This document shows positions 56,176-63,985 of a DNA stretch of 64,000 nucleotides, piece after piece. Under the pieces are notes generated by a model. The model saw only the letters and a list, made by a program, of their open reading frames with translations. It was not told the origin of the DNA and did no database searches. The DNA comes from Candidatus Jorgensenbacteria bacterium GW2011_GWB1_50_10 (GTDB taxonomy: Bacteria; Patescibacteriota; Minisyncoccia; UBA6257; GWB1-50-10). The position numbers and the translations under genes were made by a program. The stretch covers positions 166,928 through 230,927 of the forward strand of contig LCQK01000001.1 in assembly GCA_001004105.1 (NCBI GenBank), in the 5' to 3' direction. Position 1 is the stretch's first letter. Each line of letters begins with the position of its first letter.

Positions 56176-56367
56176 AAACTTCTTTTCTTACGCCAGACAG
56201 CTTCAGCTCGGGCGATTTCCCCCGCCTGTCCATGGGCAGGCGGGGTCAACCCCTCGCTCGCTTTAGATCCGGTGGTATGACGCGTCATACCACCGGATAG
56301 CTCGCTCACCCTAAAGGGCTTCGCCGAAGAATTGAGGGGTAAGTCTGGCGCAAAGAAAAGTAGTTTT
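56176..56367 (+). ncRNA. Structured repeat element copy B (about 192 nt), homolog of copy A with compensatory changes
   Basis: Closing stem AAACTTCTTTTCTTACGCCAGACAGCTTCAGC / GCCGAAGAAT..GTCTGGCGCAAAGAAAAGTAGTTT; hairpins CCCCGCCTG..CAGGCGGGG and TCCGGTGGTATGACG/CGTCATACCACCGGA; same conserved cores as A. Confidence 0.5.
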
Positions 56368-56381
56368 GATAAGAGAAGAAT

Positions 56382-56410
56382 TTGACAAAATCAGATTTAT
56401 CTGATATAAT
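56382..56410 (+). promoter_or_regulatory. Consensus sigma70 promoter TTGACA-17-TATAAT driving the 56507 orphan gene through a hairpin-containing 5'UTR
   Basis: -35 56382..56387, -10 56405..56410; 5'UTR hairpin GGTATAAGA/TCTTATACC; SD CAGGAGG. Confidence 0.55.
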
Positions 56411-56506
56411 TAAAGATAGCACAATGGTATAAGATCACTCTGGTCTTATACCCCTACCAGATGCCCGGACGGGCTCAAAGGGTCGGATGACCCAGGAGGC
56501 ACAGCA

Positions 56507-57016
56507 ATGTCGTTACTGAAAACGATGTCCCCGAGGGAGCAAGAGAGGATTCAACACGAACGGCTCGTGAACCGGGATTTCCCCTGGTTGTGGGCCGTGA
56601 GAAGCGAGTGGGATTTTCCAGCGCAGGAGATGACAGTTCAGTACGCTGGTAAATACAATCCACTTCTCAAGGCGTTTCTTGCCTACAATGACTCCATACT
56701 CAAAGAGATTTGGGTTCGAGTTGAGGTCAAACATCCTCGGGGCAAGGACTACACCGGTTACTCTTTCTCCGCGGTGAGGAAAGTAGACGAACCCCGGGAT
56801 CGCTCTTGGGCGGAGGCGATTTTGTGCAGAGTTCCTTACGGGGGCGTAACTCACCTCGCGATTCTGAGTTACCGTCATCATCAAGACGGCACGGAGGATA
56901 GGAGTAGGCGTCAGGTAACGGTCTATCGGCCGATGAAGCCGGAGATGACCCTCGACGCCTTCCTTCTCGAGGCTGTCGAAGAGGCGGAAAAGAACAAGCC
57001 GCGGGCGTGGAAATAA
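56507..57016 (+). CDS. Hypothetical GC-rich orphan protein (169 aa)
   Basis: Strong promoter, SD and terminator; shares VTVYRPMK with the 10538 protein and NPLLKAFL with the minus-strand ORFs at 4645-5199. Confidence 0.55.
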   Translation: MSLLKTMSPREQERIQHERLVNRDFPWLWAVRSEWDFPAQEMTVQYAGKYNPLLKAFLAYNDSILKEIWVRVEVKHPRGKDYTGYSFSAVRKVDEPRDRSWAEAILCRVPYGGVTHLAILSYRHHQDGTEDRSRRQVTVYRPMKPEMTLDAFLLEAVEEAEKNKPRAWK

Positions 57017-57034
57017 CCCGCAGTTGCAGAGTTT

Positions 57035-57066
57035 GGAGGCGACACGAAAGTGCCGCCTCTTTCTTT
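57035..57066 (+). terminator. Rho-independent terminator
   Basis: GGAGGCG acacgaaagt GCCGCCTC then TTTCTTTTT. Confidence 0.55.
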
Positions 57067-57651
57067 TTATCCTTTCTCCACCCGTTCTACGTAATCGCCG
57101 CTTGCCGTGTTTATGCGGATGATGTCGCCTTCATTGATGAAGAGGGGAACATTTACTTTGGCGCCGGTTTCCAAAGTCACGGTTTTAGTGCCGCCCTGGG
57201 CGGTGTTGCCTTTGACGCCCGGCGGCGCTTCCGTCACTTTCAAGTCCATCTTGACGGGCGGTTCGATATTGATGATTTTTTCGTTGAATTTGAAAGCCCG
57301 TGCCTCGCTGCCCTGTTTCAAATAATTTGCCGCTTCGCCCACGATGTCGGCCTTGAGGGCAAATCTTGATTTGGGATTGCCAGAGACGTGGAACCAGTAC
57401 TCCTGCCTGCCGGCAGGCAGGCGCCGCGCATAAATAAACTCAACCGGAATTATCTCAATATCTGCCTCTTTGAACGAGTCGTTCTGGTGGGCGGCGTATT
57501 CCCGGACCTTGCCGGAAATTAAATTCTTGATTTTGAGCTGGGCCACGGGCTTGCGCTGCTGCATCCGGACGAAGGCGTAGTCCAGTACCTCATACGGCTC
57601 GCCGTCTTTAATGAACAACATCCCGACTTTTAGTTCGTTGTAGGAAAGCAT
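57067..57651 (-). CDS. efp: Elongation factor P carrying an in-frame LPAGRQ insertion
   Basis: 194 aa EF-P; FIYARR-LPAGRQ-EYWFHV where canonical EF-P has a short loop. Confidence 0.9.
   Translation of the reverse strand: MLSYNELKVGMLFIKDGEPYEVLDYAFVRMQQRKPVAQLKIKNLISGKVREYAAHQNDSFKEADIEIIPVEFIYARRLPAGRQEYWFHVSGNPKSRFALKADIVGEAANYLKQGSEARAFKFNEKIINIEPPVKMDLKVTEAPPGVKGNTAQGGTKTVTLETGAKVNVPLFINEGDIIRINTASGDYVERVEKG
57402..57421. repeat. 20-nt palindrome CCTGCCTGCCGGCAGGCAGG in-frame inside efp
   Basis: Direct read, perfect copy. Confidence 0.9.
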
Positions 57652-57720
57652 AACGAGAACTATTGTGCCCTAATTCCCAAAAATAATCAACGCCTGGGAA
57701 CCTGTATAATTAGATTAAAT

Positions 57721-59493
57721 ATGACTGAAACAAAGGTCTGCCAAAGTTGCAAACAAAGTTTTGTAATAGAGGCCGAGGATTTTGATTTCTACATGAAAAT
57801 CCAAGTTCCGCCGCCGACGTGGTGTTCGGATTGCAGAATCATGCGGCGGCTTGCTTGGCGAAACGAGCGAACGCTGTATAAAGCGAAGTGCGCGAATTGC
57901 AAGAAAGATATTTTTTCCGCTTACTCACCGGACAAACCATTTCCGGTTTTCTGCCACGATTGCTGGTTTTCCGATGCCTGGGACCCTATAGCCTACGGCC
58001 GTGATTATGATTTTTCCAGGCCCTTTTTTGAGCAGTGGGGCGAGCTTTTTCAGGAAGTGCCGCGGCTCAATCTCTGGCAATTGAACTGCGTAAATTCCCC
58101 GTACTCAAACATTATCCGCGATGCCAAGAATTGTTACCTTGCTTTTTCCATGGTTGGCGGTGAGGAGGTTTTTTATTCAAAAATCATTGACCGTTCGAAG
58201 CAGATTTTTGACAGTTTGCTCGTCGTAGACAGCGAGCTCTGTACAGGGGTGATTTACGGTGCGAAGAATTATAACGTCCACAATTCTCTCTCCGTTAACT
58301 CATGCTTGGATTCGTCTTTCTTATTTGACTGCCGGAACGTCAGAAACTGCTTCATGAGTTCCAACTTCCGCAATAAAGAATATGTTTTCAAGAATAAACA
58401 GCTTACAAAAGAGCAGTATATTGGAGAATTAAAGAAGATTAATTTCGGCAGTTTTTCGGTTTCCCAGGGCTTAAAAAAGGAATTTGATGAAATGTTGCTT
58501 CGGTCTATTCATGAATATGCTGATAATAACAAGGTAGAAAACTCCACCGGTGATAAGTTAATGAACGTGAGAAACGTAAAAGATTCTTTTGAAAGTTATG
58601 AGATGGAGAACTGCCGCTTTATGGGGCGGTGCCTTCAAATTAATGATTCAATGGATTGCGTATATACAGGAGTTGGTTCAGAGTTGATTTTTGAATATAC
58701 TAGCGGTGGCTCGGCGATGCGAAACATTAAATTTGCGATTGCCTGTTTTGGCGGCGAGAGCGACTGTATTTATGTTGGTTGGTGCAAGAACTCGTCAAAT
58801 CTTTTCGGTTGTTTTGGGGTTCGTGACAAACGTTATTGTATTTTAAACAAGCAATACACAGAAGCAGGGTATGATGAATTGGTATCGAAAATTATAAAAC
58901 ACATGGACGCGATGCCATATGCGGGAAAGAACGGCCGCATTTATAAATATGGAGAATTCTTTCCGATTGAACTTTCGCCGTTTTCATATAACGGCAGTGT
59001 GGCGCAAGAACACTACCCGTTTGCGAGGGAGGAGATCCTGGCGCGCGGGTACAATTATCGCAAGCCGGACGTGAAGGATCCGGCGATTGACGTCAAAAAT
59101 GAGGAGATTCCGGATGATATTACCTCGGTTAAAGACGATTTTGTGGGTAAATCAGTCGCCTGTGCTCACGCCGGAGAATGTATCCATCAGTGCACCGTTG
59201 CTTTTAAGATTGTTCCTCAAGAACTTACGATGTATCGGAGAATTAAACTTCCTCTGCCGCGTTTATGTCCCAACTGTCGCCACTACGAACGCTTGAGATA
59301 TAGGAATCCTTGGAAACTCTGGCACCGCAAATGCACTTGTGCCGGCCAAAAATCAGAAAATGGCGTCTATCAAAACACCACTTCTCATTTCCACGGTGCA
59401 GGCCATTGCCCCAACGAATTTGAAACAAGTTATTCTCCGGACAGAAAGGAGGTCGTCTACTGCGAGCAGTGCTATAACACTGAGGTAGTGTAA
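57721..59493 (+). CDS. Hypothetical Cys-rich protein with homologous double zinc-ribbon modules at both termini and a central beta-helix-like repeat region
   Basis: N-terminal CQSC..CSDCR..CANC..CHDC; C-terminal CPNCR..CTC..CEQC; internal repeat of the module (Y.K..P.P..C..CR..R...RN...L...C....YSPD...V.C..C). Confidence 0.55.
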   Translation: MTETKVCQSCKQSFVIEAEDFDFYMKIQVPPPTWCSDCRIMRRLAWRNERTLYKAKCANCKKDIFSAYSPDKPFPVFCHDCWFSDAWDPIAYGRDYDFSRPFFEQWGELFQEVPRLNLWQLNCVNSPYSNIIRDAKNCYLAFSMVGGEEVFYSKIIDRSKQIFDSLLVVDSELCTGVIYGAKNYNVHNSLSVNSCLDSSFLFDCRNVRNCFMSSNFRNKEYVFKNKQLTKEQYIGELKKINFGSFSVSQGLKKEFDEMLLRSIHEYADNNKVENSTGDKLMNVRNVKDSFESYEMENCRFMGRCLQINDSMDCVYTGVGSELIFEYTSGGSAMRNIKFAIACFGGESDCIYVGWCKNSSNLFGCFGVRDKRYCILNKQYTEAGYDELVSKIIKHMDAMPYAGKNGRIYKYGEFFPIELSPFSYNGSVAQEHYPFAREEILARGYNYRKPDVKDPAIDVKNEEIPDDITSVKDDFVGKSVACAHAGECIHQCTVAFKIVPQELTMYRRIKLPLPRLCPNCRHYERLRYRNPWKLWHRKCTCAGQKSENGVYQNTTSHFHGAGHCPNEFETSYSPDRKEVVYCEQCYNTEVV

Positions 59494-59494
59494 A

Positions 59495-60931
59495 ATGTCT
59501 TCTTACGACATTTTCTTTTTTGTTGCGTTGTTTTTCTTAGCTGGAGTGTTTTTGTCGAGTATCGGAGGAGAGTTTTGGATATTAGTTTTGGTTGTCGCGG
59601 CGGGAGCCGCGTTTTTGTTTTGGGGCGTTTGGCGCAAAAACAGAAGATTTTTTTGGCTTGCCGGTCTGGTTTTTATCACTATCGTGGGCGCGCTTTATTA
59701 CACCGGGGATGATTTGAAATTCCAGGGAAGCGTCAATATTCATTTTGACGAGAAAATAACTTTTACCGGCGTCATTATTTCCAACCCAACCTTGAAAAGT
59801 GGCAGTCAAGAATTTAAATTGAAATTAAATCCGCCCTTTAGCGGCAATGTTTTAGTAAAAACCGCCCGCTATCCCGAGTTCAGTTATGGCGATGAAGTGC
59901 GGATTGAGGGAAAAATAGAGAGACCGTTTTCCGGAAGTTATGCTCAATATTTGAGTAAAGAAAAGATAAGCGGCGTCGTAACTTTTGCCGAGGCCGAAGA
60001 AATCTCAAGCGGCAAGGGAAGCAAAATAAAAGCGCTCCTTTTCGGCGTCAAAAATGCCGTGATTGGCTCGTTTCAGAATATTTTACCGGTGAAGGAGGCA
60101 GCCTTTGCTTCCGGCCTTACTTTGGGCGAGCGGGGAGAGTTTTCCGAAGAGTTTCGGGAAGCAATGTCAAAGAGCGGCACGACGCATTTGGTAGCGCTCT
60201 CCGGCTACAACATCACGATTATCGTCGGCGCCGTGACGGGGCTCTTTGTTTGGTTTCTCTCGCGCCGGGTTTCATTTATTCTCACTATCATTGTGGTTTT
60301 GGGTTTCGTGCTCATGACCGGCGCCGAGGCCTCGGTGGTACGGGCGGCGATTATGGGAATTTTAGTGATGCTCTCACGCGAAGTGGGGCGCTTGTTTGAT
60401 TTCCGGAACGCGATAATCTTGGCCGGACTCCTCATGGTTCTTCAAAATCCCAAAGTGCTCGCTTTTGACGCCGGTTTTCAATTGTCGTTTCTCGCGCTTC
60501 TCGGAATAATCTATCTTCGGCCGGCAGTCGTGAAATTTTTCCGGGTCAGTGACGACGAAGGGTTTTTGTCTTGGAAAGGCAACCTTTTGACCACCGCCTC
60601 AGCGCAATTTATGGTTGCGCCGCTTTTGATCTCCAGTTTCGGCAGTTTTTCGCTCACCTCGCTTGCCGCAAACGTCTTAATTTTGGAACTTGTCCCGCTC
60701 ACGATGTTTTTGGGTTTTCTTACCGCCTTTTTGGGTTTTTTCGCCAGTTACTTTGCTATGATCTCAGGGCTTATCGTTTCCGTGCTTCTCAAATTTGAGA
60801 TGTTTGTCATAGAACTCTTCGCTAAATTGAGTATTCCTTTCGGTTCGGGTGCCGGAAGTTTATTTTTCGTTTTCTATTACATGGTTCTTGTCGGTTTCAT
60901 AATTTATGTGGGAAAAATTAGCCGAGCATAA
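59495..60931 (+). CDS. comEC: ComEC/Rec2 competence protein, membrane channel part (DUF4131 plus competence domain)
   Basis: TTHLVALSGYNITII motif, 10+ TM. Confidence 0.8.
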   Translation: MSSYDIFFFVALFFLAGVFLSSIGGEFWILVLVVAAGAAFLFWGVWRKNRRFFWLAGLVFITIVGALYYTGDDLKFQGSVNIHFDEKITFTGVIISNPTLKSGSQEFKLKLNPPFSGNVLVKTARYPEFSYGDEVRIEGKIERPFSGSYAQYLSKEKISGVVTFAEAEEISSGKGSKIKALLFGVKNAVIGSFQNILPVKEAAFASGLTLGERGEFSEEFREAMSKSGTTHLVALSGYNITIIVGAVTGLFVWFLSRRVSFILTIIVVLGFVLMTGAEASVVRAAIMGILVMLSREVGRLFDFRNAIILAGLLMVLQNPKVLAFDAGFQLSFLALLGIIYLRPAVVKFFRVSDDEGFLSWKGNLLTTASAQFMVAPLLISSFGSFSLTSLAANVLILELVPLTMFLGFLTAFLGFFASYFAMISGLIVSVLLKFEMFVIELFAKLSIPFGSGAGSLFFVFYYMVLVGFIIYVGKISRA

Positions 60932-61775
60932 AAACAAAATTATCGTTTTGCTCGCGGCCCTCGCGATTCTTGATTTTTTGGTTTTTTGGCAAATCGGCAG
61001 GGCGGGAACGGAGGATGAAAATTTAAGGATTTATTTCTTGAGCGTCGGCCAGGGCGACAGTGAGCTTGTCGAACTACCGGGCGGCGTGAAGGTTTTGATT
61101 GACGGCGGCCCGCCGAACGGCTTGGTCTCCGGAGAATTAAGTAAATTTCTGCCGATGGGTGACCGTTACGTTGATTTAGTGGTGATGAGCCATCCGCAAT
61201 TGGACCACTTCGGCGGCTTGATTGAAATTTTGAGAAATTACGAAATCGGCGCCTTCCTTACAAGCGGCCGTGAGGGGGAAGCCGCGGCTTTTGCCGAGCT
61301 TGAGCAAGTAATTGAAGAGAAGAACATAAAAGTTATTACGCTCTCTGCCGGCGACAGAATCCGCTATCTTGATTCTCGTTTTGAAATTTTGAGCCCCGAA
61401 CCGGCCGATTTGAAAAGCAGAGAATTGAACGATGCCACGCTTGTGATGGAGCTTACGAACGGGGCGGCGAAGGCGCTTTTTACGGGTGACATCGGAGCAG
61501 ACATTGAGGAGAAGATTTTCTGGAAATTGGAGAATATCGATATTCTCAAAGTCCCTCACCACGGCTCCAAATTTTCTTCATCGGAAAAATTTCTCGCGGC
61601 GATAAAACCGGCGGTCGCGGTGGTGGAAGTCGGCAAGAACAGTTACGGCCATCCGACGAAAGAAGCGCTCGATCGGGTAAGTTCCGTGGGCGCCCGCATT
61701 TTCCGGACGGATTTGGACGGCACTTTAAGGTTTGAACTAAGCGATAAGGAGATTAGAATTTTTCAGCAGAGATAA
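60906..61775 (+). CDS. ComEC C-terminal metallo-beta-lactamase domain encoded as a separate, +1-overlapping ORF
   Basis: MBL motif VMSHPQLDHFGG, D..H; overlaps the upstream ORF by 26 nt in the +1 frame. Confidence 0.75.
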   Translation: MWEKLAEHKNKIIVLLAALAILDFLVFWQIGRAGTEDENLRIYFLSVGQGDSELVELPGGVKVLIDGGPPNGLVSGELSKFLPMGDRYVDLVVMSHPQLDHFGGLIEILRNYEIGAFLTSGREGEAAAFAELEQVIEEKNIKVITLSAGDRIRYLDSRFEILSPEPADLKSRELNDATLVMELTNGAAKALFTGDIGADIEEKIFWKLENIDILKVPHHGSKFSSSEKFLAAIKPAVAVVEVGKNSYGHPTKEALDRVSSVGARIFRTDLDGTLRFELSDKEIRIFQQR

Positions 61776-61800
61776 CCAGTTGCTGTAAGATTTCTGTCTC

Positions 61801-61834
61801 GCCTCAAAAACGCCCATATGGGCGTTTTTGAGGC
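61801..61834. repeat. 34-nt perfect palindrome GCCTCAAAAACGCCCATATGGGCGTTTTTGAGGC (hairpin after the comEC-MBL stop)
   Basis: Reverse complement identical; CCCATATGGG core; no T-run. Confidence 0.8.
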
Positions 61835-61876
61835 GGTAGAGAAAAAGTTTAGTTTGGAAATTGGGTTGTTCTTTCT

Positions 61877-61914
61877 CTATTTCACTTTCTCCCATATGGG
61901 AGAAAGTGAAATAG
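61877..61914. repeat. 38-nt perfect palindrome CTATTTCACTTTCTCCCATATGGGAGAAAGTGAAATAG
   Basis: Reverse complement identical; same family as 10339 and 11038. Confidence 0.85.
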
Positions 61915-61968
61915 TTAAGGCGAAGAGTTCAATCAGGGGATTAGAATTTTTAAGGAGAATAAAGTAAA

Positions 61969-63378
61969 ATGATAAGAATGAAAGGAAGGATTTTAGCAGG
62001 CGAAATCAGCAAATACGAAGGGGAGGAAGTGAAATTGAAGGGCTGGGTGGATTCCCGCCGCGACCACGGCGGCCTTATTTTTATTGATGTCCGCGACCGG
62101 AGCGGCCTGGCGCAGGTTGTTTTCAATCCAAAGAAGGATAAGAAACTTCACGAAATTGCGGAAGAACTGCGGCCGGAATGGGTAGTGGCGATTCGCGGGG
62201 AAGTCGTGAAACGCCCGAAGGGAATGGAGAATCCGAAGATTTTAGGCGGCGAATTTGAGGTCGTGGCTCTGAAACTTGAGGTTTTGGCCCAGGCCTTGCC
62301 GGTGCCGCTTGACGTTACCGGCGACGGGGCCGATGTCGGCGAGGAAATCAGGATGAAATACCGCTATCTGGATTTGCGCCGGCCGCGGATGCAGAAAAAT
62401 ATCCGGATGCGCGATAAAGTCATCAAGTTTTTCCGCGACTACTTGACCGCCCGCGATTTTGTGGAAATTGAGACGCCGCATTTGAGCAAGTCCACGCCGG
62501 AAGGAGCCCGCGACTACGTTGTCCCTTCCCGGCTCCACGCCGGCAAGTTCTATGCTCTACCCCAATCTCCCCAGCAGTATAAGCAGCTCCTCATGGTGGC
62601 CGGCTTTGAAAAATATTTTCAGATTGCCCGGGTCTTCCGCGACGAAGACACACGTGGCGACCGCCAGCCCGAGCACACCCAGCTCGATATTGAAATGTCT
62701 TTCACCAGCCCCGAAGAAGTGATGAGTTTAGTTGAGGAAATGGTGACGGAGATGATCGGCGTTCTTTACTCGGAGAAGAGGATTGAGACACCATGGCCGC
62801 GGCTAGATTATGCGGATGCAATGAAGAAATACAGCACCGACAAGCCGGATTTGCGCAAAGACAAGAACGATCCGAATGAAGTCGCCTTTTGCTGGATCGT
62901 GGATTTTCCGCAGTTTGAGTTGGACAAAGCCACGAAACAAATTCAGCCGGTGCATCATATGTTTGTAGAACCGGCGGAGGGCGGTGCCGATTTACTGGAT
63001 TCCGAACCGCTTAAAATGACGAGCACGCAGTATGACTGGGTTTGCAACGGCTATGAACTAGCAAGCGGCAGTTTGCGAATTACCGATCCAACGCTTCAGA
63101 TGAAAGTATTCAAACTTTTGGGCATGAGCGAAGAAAAGGCACGGGCTGATTTCGGTCACTTGCTTGAAGCGTTCAGTTTCGGCGTGCCGCCCCACGGCGG
63201 CATCGCGCCGGGTATTGACCGACTGGTAATGATTTTGCAGAATGAACCGAACATCCGGGAAGTGATTGCTTTCCCCAAAACCGGCGACGGGCGGGATTTG
63301 ATGATGGACTCACCGAGTGAAGTTTCTAAAAAACAACTGAAAGAACTTCATCTCAAAATTGATAAAAAGGAAAAATAA
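61969..63378 (+). CDS. aspS: Aspartate--tRNA ligase (archaeal/short type, possibly non-discriminating)
   Basis: OB-fold N-terminus, class II motifs FRDEDTRGDRQPEHTQLDIE, GGIAPGIDR. Confidence 0.85.
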   Translation: MIRMKGRILAGEISKYEGEEVKLKGWVDSRRDHGGLIFIDVRDRSGLAQVVFNPKKDKKLHEIAEELRPEWVVAIRGEVVKRPKGMENPKILGGEFEVVALKLEVLAQALPVPLDVTGDGADVGEEIRMKYRYLDLRRPRMQKNIRMRDKVIKFFRDYLTARDFVEIETPHLSKSTPEGARDYVVPSRLHAGKFYALPQSPQQYKQLLMVAGFEKYFQIARVFRDEDTRGDRQPEHTQLDIEMSFTSPEEVMSLVEEMVTEMIGVLYSEKRIETPWPRLDYADAMKKYSTDKPDLRKDKNDPNEVAFCWIVDFPQFELDKATKQIQPVHHMFVEPAEGGADLLDSEPLKMTSTQYDWVCNGYELASGSLRITDPTLQMKVFKLLGMSEEKARADFGHLLEAFSFGVPPHGGIAPGIDRLVMILQNEPNIREVIAFPKTGDGRDLMMDSPSEVSKKQLKELHLKIDKKEK

Positions 63379-63379
63379 T

Positions 63380-63985
63380 ATGAAACACCCCAAGACCGAA
63401 AGAACATTGGTAATTATTAAACCCGACGGCGTCCAGCGGGGGCTTATCGGCGAGATTATCAGGCGCTACGAGCAGAGCGGTTTGAAGCTTGTCGGTTTAA
63501 AAATGGTTGTGCCGACCAAGGATTTCATTGAAAAGCATTACTTAATCAATCCCGAATGGCGCCGGATAACCGGCGAGAAAACAATTGAATCCTATCGCAA
63601 GAATGGAAAGAAACCGCCTTCGGACGACCCGATTAAAGTGACCGAGGTTATCCTCAATAATCTGAAAAAATACCTGTCCTCGGGCCCCGTCGTCGCAATG
63701 GTCTGGCAGGGGATGCACGCCGTGGGCATTGTCCGGAAAATCACGGGCGGCACTGAGCCCCTAACCTCCGATGTCGGCACCATCCGGGGCGATTTGACGA
63801 TTGATTCCTACGAGGTATCCGACGTTGACGGCCGGGCAGTGCGGAATCTTATCCACGCCTCCGGCACCCCGGAGGAAGCGGAGGCGGAAATCCCCCTCTG
63901 GTTTTCGGAAAAAGAGCTTTTGAATTACCGCCTCATTTCCGAGGCGATATTATACGACGTGAATCTCGACGGGATTTTGGAATAA
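63380..63985 (+). CDS. ndk: Nucleoside diphosphate kinase (with internal insertion)
   Basis: ERTLVIIKPDGVQRGLIGEIIRRYEQSGLKL; active-site His region; 201 aa. Confidence 0.8.
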   Translation: MKHPKTERTLVIIKPDGVQRGLIGEIIRRYEQSGLKLVGLKMVVPTKDFIEKHYLINPEWRRITGEKTIESYRKNGKKPPSDDPIKVTEVILNNLKKYLSSGPVVAMVWQGMHAVGIVRKITGGTEPLTSDVGTIRGDLTIDSYEVSDVDGRAVRNLIHASGTPEEAEAEIPLWFSEKELLNYRLISEAILYDVNLDGILE

